Of a stretch of DNA of 31,413 bases, positions 1 to 8,729 are shown piece after piece; positions within the stretch are counted from its first letter, which is position 1, and every line of letters begins with the position of its first letter. The notes under the pieces are model-generated. The model was not told the origin of the DNA. It did not search any database and saw only the letters and a list, made by a program, of their open reading frames with translations. The stretch is from positions 1 through 31,413 of IMG/VR virus record IMGVR_UViG_3300025575_000036; one strand, given 5' to 3'. This stretch comes from a virus. Taxonomy: Duplodnaviria; Caudoviricetes. The position numbers were made by a program, and so were the translations under genes.

Positions 1-1
1 T

Positions 2-391
2 AAGATAATTACCATATTCATCATCGTTTGTAACATCTTCATTAAGTCTGAAGTCATCAACACTATCAATTGCTTCTTGAATACCATTAGCACCGTAGTA
101 ACTCCATTCTATAACAGCATTAACTACTTTTTGATCATATTCATCAAGGTTATCATAAGCTTCAGCCATATCATTTAATTCTTCTATATTGTCATATTCT
201 CCTATAGTTAATCCTTCGATATCACTTTCATAATCATGTATTGCAATTTCTTCATATTTTTGTCCATCTATTTGTATTGATGGTAAAAAGTTTTCTTTGA
301 AGTTATCCATATCCATTGGAAGTGATATCCATTTTCCTACTAATTCGCCCTCATTGTATTTACCTAAGTTAGCTATATATAATTTTATCAT
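2..391 (-). CDS. ardA: Antirestriction protein ArdA (DNA mimic), 3'-truncated by window edge
   Basis: Not in ORF track. Manual translation MIKLYIANLGKYNEGELVGKWISLP...YEEIAIHDYE...IGEYDNIEELN matches ArdA signature motifs; very acidic; RBS GAGGAG upstream. Confidence 0.92.
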   Translation of the reverse strand, partial: MIKLYIANLGKYNEGELVGKWISLPMDMDNFKENFLPSIQIDGQKYEEIAIHDYESDIEGLTIGEYDNIEELNDMAEAYDNLDEYDQKVVNAVIEWSYYGANGIQEAIDSVDDFRLNEDVTNDDEYGNYL

Positions 392-490
392 TATTAAACA
401 CTCCTCTTTTAATTATTATTATTGAATTGTAATATTAGTATGTGTAAGTTTTATAATATTATTCTTTAATTGTATCTAAAAATTTAAATA

Positions 491-598
491 TCAGTTTTGC
501 AGCATTTTTGTCTTAATTAAATTTATAGAAGTCTTTCTAAGTTCTAACGGTTTTATAGTTCTCTTTTTTAAATTAATTTTCTTTCTTAAATTTATCAT
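491..598 (-). CDS. Small basic hypothetical protein (35 aa)
   Basis: ATG at 598 with GGAG RBS; MINLRKKINLKKRTIKPLELRKTSINLIKTKMLQN*; co-oriented with neighbours. Confidence 0.45.
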   Translation of the reverse strand: MINLRKKINLKKRTIKPLELRKTSINLIKTKMLQN

Positions 599-653
599 TT
601 TTACACGCTCCATTAATTTATTTTTGTTACCATAAAAGAAGGCTTTTAATATA

Positions 654-869
654 TCATAGTTGATCTTCTATTAACTTATAAGTAAACTTGATTTCTTTTA
701 TAGTATCTGTATGAAATATTACTGATTCATTATATAATGCTATTATTTGAGTCATTAAATATAATACATTATCGCTAACTTTATTCTTTATATCATCCCA
801 TTTTATAAAATCATTACCACCTAATTTAATTGATTCAGCGATCCATTTTTTAATTTCTTTGATATTCAT
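654..869 (-). CDS. Hypothetical phage protein (71 aa)
   Basis: ORF track; AAGGA RBS; part of the minus-strand small-gene cluster. Confidence 0.7.
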   Translation of the reverse strand: MNIKEIKKWIAESIKLGGNDFIKWDDIKNKVSDNVLYLMTQIIALYNESVIFHTDTIKEIKFTYKLIEDQL

Positions 870-945
870 ATTATTACACGTCCTTCTTAATTTATTTTGT
901 ATTGTTAATCACTGTTAACATTAATACAATATGATTATTGAATTC

Positions 946-1308
946 TTATTCAATTGTTAATGTGATTGTATTAACTCGATTCCACATAGTACATTTTTTA
1001 TGAAAAAACTTAAACTCTATATATTGTTGTCCTCCACCACATGGATAATATTCACATGTTATTTTATTATTTCTACGATCAAACTTTATTAAATCTTTAT
1101 ACGCATGACCATCTATAATTTTATTAATTTGATCCTCAGCATATGTTTTACATAGTTCACGTTGATCCTTAACTGTCATTTTCTCATTGTCTCTAGCTTC
1201 ATCATAGAATTTTAATAGTCTCTTTAATTCTCTTAATTCATTCATTATTACACCAGCCTTTTCAATTATTTTAAATGGAGTATATCTTGTTAAAGTACAA
1301 ACTACCAA
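946..1308 (-). CDS. Hypothetical phage protein (true start probably the internal MNELREL)
   Basis: ORF track; the internal Met is preceded by AAGGCTGGTG. Confidence 0.65.
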   Translation of the reverse strand: MVVCTLTRYTPFKIIEKAGVIMNELRELKRLLKFYDEARDNEKMTVKDQRELCKTYAEDQINKIIDGHAYKDLIKFDRRNNKITCEYYPCGGGQQYIEFKFFHKKCTMWNRVNTITLTIE

Positions 1309-1498
1309 GAAAACTATATTGTATCATTCAGAATTTATATATTTTAGTAACATTTTTAACACTCCTTTCTTTCAATCTCAACTTCTATATTAAAACGTTT
1401 ATAAAACTCTTTTATTTCATTATCTGTATAATTTTTTAACATGTTAGGGTTGCCAATTCCAATATATTTGTTATTTTTATAAAGATTGAATATGTTAA

Positions 1499-1912
1499 TC
1501 ATAATTCACATACTATATTTTGAAGTCTGTTTTGATAGTCAATATATAATTGAGTATTTTCTGGAGTTTCTGTTTTTGACTCCTCTATCCAAATTGGGAA
1601 AACTTCTAATATAAGATAATTTATATAACCTCTAATATTTCCATGTTGTTCGATTATTTCCTCAGTGTTTTCTAATAAATCACCTTTAAAGTCATTCTCC
1701 CAGTTATTGCAAATAGTTTGTAAATTATCATTAATAATCAATTCTAAATTTATAAAATTCTCTAATAAACAAATCCTATCATCCATTGCATTATTTATTA
1801 TTTCCATTTTATTCTCAACATTTTCTAATTCTTCACAATTCATTAAAGCCTCTTTAATTTGTGCCTGTTCATTTACTGATAATTGACATATAAATCTAGT
1901 ACGATTATTCAT
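1499..1912 (-). CDS. Acidic hypothetical phage protein (137 aa)
   Basis: ORF track; AAGGATG RBS; rich in E/N/I. Confidence 0.75.
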   Translation of the reverse strand: MNNRTRFICQLSVNEQAQIKEALMNCEELENVENKMEIINNAMDDRICLLENFINLELIINDNLQTICNNWENDFKGDLLENTEEIIEQHGNIRGYINYLILEVFPIWIEESKTETPENTQLYIDYQNRLQNIVCEL

Positions 1913-1939
1913 TTATATACACATCCTTTTTATTTAATT

Positions 1940-1981
1940 TACTTTTATAAAACATACTCTAAAATATGCTTTATAAAAGTA
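1940..1981 (-). other. Long hairpin upstream of the 1499-1912 gene
   Basis: TACTTTTATAAA (1940-1951) and TTTATAAAAGTA (1970-1981) are an inverted repeat, extended by G-U pairs on the minus strand. Confidence 0.6.
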
Positions 1982-3137
1982 TGAAAGTTATAAATCGTTA
2001 CTCATAAAAGGTTACTTAGTCAATGAAACATAATGATTTACACATACTATTCCTTTATTCCTTTTATTTTTACTTATCGCTAGTCAATTTTAAATTTCTA
2101 TTTCACAATGTTACTTTATACTTTTTAAAATTATTCCTGTTGTCAGCTTATAACTTTCAATTATAATTTGTATTATTATCATTTAATTGTTAGTCATTGT
2201 AATACATCTCCACTTTATGTTAGTATGGAGTATGATTTTTTTATGTTTGTTATTTATATTTTTAGATCATTTTATTATTATTATTGATTTATGATTGATG
2301 CAATAAAATGTGAGTCATCCTTTCTCGTATTTGATACGTTACGAGTCATACTCATATTATCCACTTTACTGGTTACATAAATTTGTTATTACTGATTAAT
2401 AACTACCACTTAGTTTACAAGTACTAAGCAACTTTCAAGTTGTCAAGGATCGTTTATTTGTTTCTGTTAATATAGTATATGTTATTATCCTTTAATTGTT
2501 ACACTATATTAAAGATTTAAGAAAGTTTTGTGTGAGTTTAAGTTGTTTTGTTTTGCTAACTTTCTATAGTCTTATTATACAATTAAAAGATAATGTTGTA
2601 TAGCTTTATTTAAGGTTGTTTAGGATGATTATAATAGATTAAGTTGTTAATACTCCTATATGCTAAGTTTTACATAGTATATTATTATTATTTAATTAGA
2701 GTTAATATTTATTTGATTATTAATAGTATTGTTTAATTAGTAATGATATAGAGTATATAAGAGTCTGCAAAGGGTTGGTGTGTAGTGATAGTGTTATTAT
2801 ATAGGATGTTATATAGATTGATTGTAAAGGTTATTGTGATGTCCTGTTGTGTTAGATAGTTATTATATTGATAGTAGATATAGTTAGCTAAGTGCTATAT
2901 ACTACGATATACTACATGATACTATGATGTTTGATTATAGAGTTAATATTGATGATATTAGTCACGTTTATATGAATACAGTTGATATAGTGTTTAATAG
3001 AGTTATAGCGACGTTATAGAGTTAATAGGTAATAATGTTAGAGTATGTATGTTAATGTTGCTTAGAGAGGATGTGAGAGAGTTGTTATTTGTATTATGAT
3101 TGATTAATTAGTTAAAAAAATAGTAGTCAATTAATGA

Positions 3138-3323
3138 CTACTTAGATGTTAATATATTTTTAGTGAGTAAAAATTCTTTTATTTCATTATAGGATATATT
3201 AGAGTTATTATAAGTAATTGAGGTTATTCTATTATATCTTACAACAACTCTAATATCTATATTATCATAATCAGATATAAAATATATACTTTTACTTATT
3301 TGGTTAATTCTCATAATTATCAC
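3138..3323 (-). CDS. Hypothetical protein (61 aa)
   Basis: ORF track; AAGGAG RBS upstream. Confidence 0.55.
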   Translation of the reverse strand: MIIMRINQISKSIYFISDYDNIDIRVVVRYNRITSITYNNSNISYNEIKEFLLTKNILTSK

Positions 3324-3339
3324 TCCTTAATTTTTATAA

Positions 3340-3361
3340 ATAAGAGGCTTTCACCTCTTAT
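3340..3361 (-). terminator. Hairpin, possible intrinsic terminator
   Basis: ATAAGAGG-CTTTCA-CCTCTTAT immediately after the stop of 3364-3630. Confidence 0.5.
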
Positions 3362-3363
3362 AA

Positions 3364-3630
3364 TTATTCATATATATTCAATGATACATAGCATACATTT
3401 TCAAACTGCCAATCTACATCTATGCAAGCCCCACAATCCTTTATAACATCTAATTTTATTACTGGATCATCTGTTATCCAATTCATGAAGTCCTTATCAT
3501 TTGTAGCTAATAATATTTTGTTCCATTTTTTAGTGATAGTTCCAATTGTTTTTCCTTTGATTAATACATCAATAGTTTTGATAAGTTTCATGTTTAACAA
3601 CTCCCCTTTATTTGTTTTCCTTAATACCAT
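3364..3630 (-). CDS. Hypothetical phage protein (true start probably MKLIKT)
   Basis: ORF track; AAGGGGAG RBS precedes the second Met; the first ATG overlaps the -10 box. Confidence 0.7.
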   Translation of the reverse strand: MVLRKTNKGELLNMKLIKTIDVLIKGKTIGTITKKWNKILLATNDKDFMNWITDDPVIKLDVIKDCGACIDVDWQFENVCYVSLNIYE

Positions 3631-3657
3631 TATATAATATTATCCTTTAATTAGCAA
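3629..3657 (-). promoter_or_regulatory. sigmaA-type promoter with the repeated 20-bp motif in its spacer
   Basis: Minus strand TTGCTA-N17(ATTAAAGGATAATATTA)-TATAAT; a second motif copy lies at 3660-3679. Confidence 0.8.
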
Positions 3658-3981
3658 TGTATTATTATCATTTAATTGTAAACAGTTTGTTAATAGTATT
3701 ATTTAATTAGATGTATATTGATTATCATATTAGATATTATTTATAGTGCGTTATATGGATTGTAATAGAGTGTTATATATGATAGGTAGTATTAACCTAT
3801 ATGATAGTGTTAACAGTTATGATGCGTGTATTGTTATGTGTAATAGATGCGTTAATGCGATACCAGTTAGTGCATCATGTTAGTTGTGTATTGTAAACCT
3901 ATTATGTATATGTAGTTGACAATAAGATAGATGATATGAGTTGGTTGTAAACTTATTTATTAAATATAGTTTACAATACAT

Positions 3982-4022
3982 TGTGGATAACTTGTGGATA
4001 AAGATTGTCAACCTGTGAATAA
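3982..4022. promoter_or_regulatory. DnaA-box cluster
   Basis: TGTGGATAA twice in tandem (reverse complement of TTATCCACA) plus the variant TGTGAATAA. Confidence 0.7.
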
Positions 4023-4960
4023 ATTTTAGTTGACGATACTTGATTTCTAAAAATGCATTCTTTATAAGGTCGACATATAGAACTATACCGTTCAGTAAGT
4101 AATGCCTAGATGCTGATCAACAGGAATTATGCAATTTACATCTAATTTAATAAATTACTAATTATATCCATTACTTATCGTAAAATATGTAAATTACGCA
4201 ATGTTTTTATTGGATATACTGCAAACATAGACACACAAACGGATGACAGTACCTCAAAATATAAGTAAAAACAGGCAAAATGTATATAAATGAGGCTATT
4301 GGCACATAAGATTACAGGATTGCAGCATGGCCGGGTATATTCCGTTTAAAGGGTTTGCTGGCTCACACCAAAATCGGGTGCCTGTCTCATCCAAGCAATC
4401 TGAAACAAATTCACATTCCGTATATCCCTCTCTGCACGATATTATAGCGATAATCCTAACTCTCACATACTATTATCTTCCATTTACTCCATATTCATAT
4501 CTTTACCGTCTCACTATATCGTAATAAATCCCTCATACTCCGTAGCGATATACTACCTATTCTAACCATTTTACCATATCCACAACTAATTACACCTAAA
4601 TGCATAAACTATCACTCTACGACTCTCTCAGACTTACACAATACACCTACCGGGGGATACTTTTCATTTGTAATATATTTCATCATATATACAAGTACCC
4701 TTTTACAAAATTAACTCAAACTAATATTACAGACATAATATACATAAATATATAATAGTTTAAATTCTAATATTAATCAGTAAATTTTGTAGAGCCTATA
4801 GGGGCGACTGAACGAATATAACATTTACAATTACTTAATATACTAATGATTACCATATCATAATCTTACTTATATTCATCCATTCTCACCTATTTAATAA
4901 TCATTCTTATCTAATCATATACAATATTCATCATATCCTACTCAATCTCATTTTACATAA

Positions 4961-5053
4961 AACTTAGTAAAAATTATAAATACTTCATAAATAATATTCA
5001 CAATCTCATAACTCTACCATAATATATTATTAAGAACTTAGTAAAAATTATAA
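4961..5053 (+). repeat. 19-bp direct repeat flanking the parM promoter (parC-like / ParR operator)
   Basis: AACTTAGTAAAAATTATAA at 4961-4979 and 5035-5053; the second copy abuts the parM RBS. Confidence 0.7.
4999..5026 (+). promoter_or_regulatory. sigmaK-like promoter for parM
   Basis: CACA-N15-CATAATATA; close to the sigmaK consensus mACm-N16-CATAnnnTA. Confidence 0.5.
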
Positions 5054-5067
5054 GGAGTTGTATAAAT

Positions 5068-5940
5068 TTGAAACGTGGCTTGGATGTTGGAAATTATTCC
5101 CTTAAAGAATACCCTGGAACAAATATCAAATCTTTAGTATCAACAGAGGAAAATATATTAGGATCTAAACTTCACTTAGAATATGAGAATAAACATTATT
5201 ATATTGGAGAAGGAAACTTTGAAACTGAATTAAACAAATCTAATAAAGAAAATTTCTTACCACTTCTTCTCACAGGAATTGCATTAAACTCAAATAAGAA
5301 CGATATATTCCAAAGCATAATTTGCGGCCTTCCAATTAATCAATATAAAACTAATCATGAATCCCTAGAAGATTTAATCCTATCCAATAAAGTAAAAGAA
5401 ATTAAATTTAATGGAGAACCTAGAAAGATTATAATATCAGATTTCAAGGTGTATCCTGAAGCCATAGGAGCCTATTACAGCCTTAATACACAAGAGGATG
5501 TAATAATTATAGACATTGGAGGACGTACCTGTGACGTAGCTTATATAGTTAATAAAAAGGTAGTTACATCATCCACTATTGCCGTAGGAACTTTAAATAT
5601 CTATAAAGATATATCAGATAAACTTAACTCAACTTATGGATTAGATTTAGGATTACAAGAAGCTGAAAGAATTATAGAGAAAGGATTCCTAGAACTTGAT
5701 GGATTAAAAGTAAATTTAAGTTTTGTAACAGATATATTAAAACGAAACTTTATGAAGATTAATGATGATTTAACTATGAAATATCCTATTAGAACAGAAA
5801 AGATAATATTAGTTGGTGGAGGTAATATTCTATTTAAACAAGCTTTTAAGAATAGATATAGTAATTCCTCTGTAGCAGATAATCCTATATATGCAAATTC
5901 AATTGGTTTCAGAAAGGTTGCTGATACACTTTGGAATTAA
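5068..5940 (+). CDS. parM: ParM/StbA-family actin-like partition ATPase
   Basis: Actin-fold motifs GLDVGN, PEAIGA, IDIGGRT, LVGGG and ANSIGF; TTG start with AAGGAG RBS. Confidence 0.92.
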   Translation: MKRGLDVGNYSLKEYPGTNIKSLVSTEENILGSKLHLEYENKHYYIGEGNFETELNKSNKENFLPLLLTGIALNSNKNDIFQSIICGLPINQYKTNHESLEDLILSNKVKEIKFNGEPRKIIISDFKVYPEAIGAYYSLNTQEDVIIIDIGGRTCDVAYIVNKKVVTSSTIAVGTLNIYKDISDKLNSTYGLDLGLQEAERIIEKGFLELDGLKVNLSFVTDILKRNFMKINDDLTMKYPIRTEKIILVGGGNILFKQAFKNRYSNSSVADNPIYANSIGFRKVADTLWN

Positions 5941-6074
5941 AAGTAATAGGATTGAGCTTTAAAAATACCCCAGAAGATATAGAATTATATAAATGGATAA
6001 TTTCTCATAGTAATAAAAGTGGATTTATAAAAGATACATTAAGAGCTATGGTATGTGAGGTGTCGAGACACTGA
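5931..6074 (+). CDS. Small ribbon-helix-helix protein, ParR-like adaptor (47 aa)
   Basis: Not in ORF track. TTG overlapping the end of parM; MELKVIGLSFKNTPEDIELYKWIISHSNKSGFIKDTLRAMVCEVSRH* has a strand-helix-helix pattern and the canonical ParR position. Confidence 0.7.
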   Translation: MELKVIGLSFKNTPEDIELYKWIISHSNKSGFIKDTLRAMVCEVSRH

Positions 6075-6204
6075 GGTAAGGGCTTGTGGTATATCCTTAA
6101 AGTTACACTCTACCGTATTCTATGTAGTACACTTGAAATCCACCTATAAATAATATCAGCTTATAGTCATCCACCTGTCTCACAAATACATTGATCTATA
6201 ACAT

Positions 6205-6232
6205 AATAAAAGAGTAGCATCTCTACTACTCT
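6205..6232 (-). terminator. Intrinsic terminator for the minus-strand cassette genes
   Basis: AGAGTAG/CTACTCT stem followed by a T-rich tract on the minus strand, downstream of 6255. Confidence 0.55.
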
Positions 6233-6254
6233 AGTTTAACCTATTCTATTTATA

Positions 6255-6503
6255 TTATCCAATCATCCAACCTGCGAATTTACCCATTCCTTTGCCTGCC
6301 ATAATCATTATAAAAAACTCTTTACTAAGAAATCCTGCTGCAAACATTGCTAAAACAATTCCTATACTAATTACTCCATTTACTTTTTTAAGTTTAGCCT
6401 GTTTAATATCCCACTCCATTTTACATTGCCCAAGAGGAGTTAAAGAATAACCTTTATCTAATTTCTTCTGAAACAACTTAGGAATTTTTATAACTTTAAT
6501 CAT
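6255..6503 (-). CDS. Small membrane protein (82 aa)
   Basis: Basic N-terminus and hydrophobic C-terminal segments; AGGAG RBS. Confidence 0.75.
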   Translation of the reverse strand: MIKVIKIPKLFQKKLDKGYSLTPLGQCKMEWDIKQAKLKKVNGVISIGIVLAMFAAGFLSKEFFIMIMAGKGMGKFAGWMIG

Positions 6504-6513
6504 AATTTCACTC

Positions 6514-6807
6514 CTATTTAATTAATGCACTTTTTATAGATTCTAATAATCCAGGTACTAATCCTTTTGTAGTTCCAGTAGTTCCATCAAAACTTGATTC
6601 TGATATCTTTTTAAGTAATTTAGCAAACTCACTAACAGTTAAAGCAGATCCACCTAAACCCACTAGATCAGCATTATCTTTATCTCCTGTTTTCTTTGCT
6701 AATATTCTTATCACAACTGTAGCTGCAAATGTTAATCCTATGTTGGCATATTGTTCTTTATAAGCTACCAGATGAGCTAATAACACTCCATATAATATAA
6801 CTCCCAT
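6514..6807 (-). CDS. Membrane protein, SpoIIIAC/SpoIIIAD-like
   Basis: Hydrophobic helices around ILAKKTGDKDNADLVGLGG resemble the helix-G(K/D)xxxA-helix hairpin of SpoIIIAC/AD (recognised by eye). Confidence 0.5.
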   Translation of the reverse strand: MGVILYGVLLAHLVAYKEQYANIGLTFAATVVIRILAKKTGDKDNADLVGLGGSALTVSEFAKLLKKISESSFDGTTGTTKGLVPGLLESIKSALIK

Positions 6808-6808
6808 A

Positions 6809-7006
6809 TTACTTACCTAACTTCCCTATTTCTACAAATGCCTTTCCTACACATGCTACAACTGTAGTAATTAACATTGTAGAAGTCACAACTCCTACGT
6901 ATCCTGCTTCTTCTATTTTCCCTAATTTCCCTAATACTTTTTCAACCAATACTCCTCCTACGGTTACTGTACCCATACCTATTAAAAGTCCTATACTTAA
7001 TCCCAT
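6809..7006 (-). CDS. Two-TM membrane protein, SpoIIIAC-like (65 aa)
   Basis: Same size and pattern as SpoIIIAC: TM1-VLGKLGKIEEAGYV-TM2-amphipathic tail; AGGAGG RBS. Confidence 0.6.
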   Translation of the reverse strand: MGLSIGLLIGMGTVTVGGVLVEKVLGKLGKIEEAGYVGVVTSTMLITTVVACVGKAFVEIGKLGK

Positions 7007-7109
7007 AATATATTCCTCCTTATGAGGTGCTTCTATATAATCCGAAATCTACAATCCATTTATAGACTTTGAATTACATAGAAGTTGCCCTCTATATAAT
7101 ATTTACTCA

Positions 7110-7301
7110 TTAAAAGCTATCAGCGTATCCTGATTCTTCACCATTTACAATATAATCAGTAGCCATTACAATTTCCTGACTATCATATATTCCAAAAGCA
7201 TCCTCTAATAATTCTAATATTTCCTTTGCTTGATTTTTATTAATTTCATAATCATAATCCTTTGCAAGAGTTATTAATTTTCTAGTGGTTAAATTTATCA
7301 T
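7110..7301 (-). CDS. Acidic hypothetical protein (63 aa)
   Basis: ORF track; AAGGAG RBS. Confidence 0.7.
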   Translation of the reverse strand: MINLTTRKLITLAKDYDYEINKNQAKEILELLEDAFGIYDSQEIVMATDYIVNGEESGYADSF

Positions 7302-7352
7302 AATCCACTTCTCCTTTAGTTTATTTAGTAGGAATATCCGGAATTCATACTA

Positions 7353-7598
7353 TTATTCAGCTTTCTTAAGTTTATATTCTTTAAAATCAACTACCTTATC
7401 ATTCTTAACTTCAACAACTGTCTCTTGACAGATTTCTTTCTTAGTAATTGATAATAATTTTATAAATACATACTTAAGAATAATGTATATAATCTGAATC
7501 AGATCACTTATTATTCTGATAGGAAGTTTAGTCTCTTTTTTAATTGATTTAACTATTCTTCTAGGACTTAACTTTCTTATTGATAATAAATTTTTCAT
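7353..7598 (-). CDS. Small protein with one hydrophobic segment (81 aa)
   Basis: ORF track; AAGGAG RBS; ends in VVDFKEYKLKK. Confidence 0.7.
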   Translation of the reverse strand: MKNLLSIRKLSPRRIVKSIKKETKLPIRIISDLIQIIYIILKYVFIKLLSITKKEICQETVVEVKNDKVVDFKEYKLKKAE

Positions 7599-7609
7599 AA
7601 TGATTTCTC

Positions 7610-8056
7610 CTTTGTTTTCTTTATATTTTTCTTTTGAGACTATAGATACTTTTGTGAAATTTTTATTTACATTGATATCATCAAACTATAAAATCATAAT
7701 TAATAAATTATTTCTAAATATCCCTATATAAACTAAAAGATAAATCTTAACTTCATACAATAATTTCTACTTACCTACTACATAATAAAATCCTAAAAGT
7801 AGTATAAATCTACTACGACTTCAACTAGCCTTTAGGCTTTTACTTATAATAGATAAGCGAACTATTATAGGAGTAAAATTTATCTTTAGTTTACAGGGCA
7901 ATTAGAATAATTATTAGTTACTATTACAATTCTCAAATATCTAGTAAATAAAATTATGCTTAAGTGTTATAGCTGTGTGAGAGCTATGTAACTGGCAAGT
8001 ATTACTAATTACCAGTATCAGGTTAATGATTGTTCTATGTCATATTTTCATTTGGG
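7610..8056 (-). ncRNA. Candidate large structured non-coding RNA/5' leader (or ssDNA structure)
   Basis: No ORF of 60 aa or more; about 60-bp imperfect duplex between 7691-7752 and 7872-7933 enclosing three hairpins; starts just after a sigmaK-like promoter. Confidence 0.5.
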
Positions 8057-8063
8057 ATTACTA

Positions 8064-8092
8064 CATACTATGGGGTGTGAGGTCGAGGTGTT
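8064..8092 (-). promoter_or_regulatory. sigmaK-like promoter
   Basis: Minus strand gtAACA-N16-CATAGTATG. Confidence 0.6.
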
Positions 8093-8099
8093 ACTATTA

Positions 8100-8729
8100 T
8101 TATAAAAATACTCTAGTGAAATCATTTAACTGGAAATCTAATTGAATAATCTTAATTTCATCATTTATAAATATCTCATTCTTATGCTGAATATCATCAA
8201 TTATAATTAACCTGGGGAATATATTTATCTTATCACCGCTCAATTGATTATATAGATCATTAGATAAGGCCTGAGCTTCCCCTGATTCATAAATAGTAAT
8301 ATATTTATCTACTTCTACACTTTTAGTTCTAACAACTTCTATAATATTAAAGAATACTTTATCTCCAATAGTATAAACACAATAGGCATCAGACATATAT
8401 TTTCTTTTCATCCAAGGCTGCTCTTGATTAAAATAATTAATAACTGCTCCATTTTTAACTAACTTAGCTAAATAGTCTAATGCCAATATCCCATGATATG
8501 ATGGTTTCTTTGACATATAATATACATTTTTATTAGTTAACTTTTCCTTGAATACATTTAATTTAGAGAACTTAACTAATTTAGATAAATGTAACCTAGC
8601 CATCTCATACCCTCTTCCTTGCCTGTTATAAAACATATTCTGACATTGTGTAATACTAATTGATCCATACATTTCTACAAATAATAATATCTCTCTGTCC
8701 TCACTTGTTAAAAATAATCTACAAGTCAT
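8100..8729 (-). CDS. Replication-relaxation family protein (wHTH + PD-(D/E)XK-like nuclease)
   Basis: N-terminal LTSEDREILLFV...ARLHLSKLV wHTH, a His in SYHGIL, SDAY...IIEV nuclease-like motif; overlaps the FtsK stop, a pairing seen in Firmicutes phages. Confidence 0.7.
   Translation of the reverse strand: MTCRLFLTSEDREILLFVEMYGSISITQCQNMFYNRQGRGYEMARLHLSKLVKFSKLNVFKEKLTNKNVYYMSKKPSYHGILALDYLAKLVKNGAVINYFNQEQPWMKRKYMSDAYCVYTIGDKVFFNIIEVVRTKSVEVDKYITIYESGEAQALSNDLYNQLSGDKINIFPRLIIIDDIQHKNEIFINDEIKIIQLDFQLNDFTRVFL

Noticed and set aside
1324-1353. RBS plus 9-codon ORF (MLLKYINSE*) on the minus strand
   Set aside because: Too short to support; may be a decayed gene.
1665-3637. Plus-strand ORFs 1665-1886 and 3422-3637
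   Set aside because: Antisense to RBS-bearing minus-strand genes.
4327-4524. 65-aa plus-strand ORF
   Set aside because: No convincing RBS; composition reflects the local strand skew; more likely a cis element.
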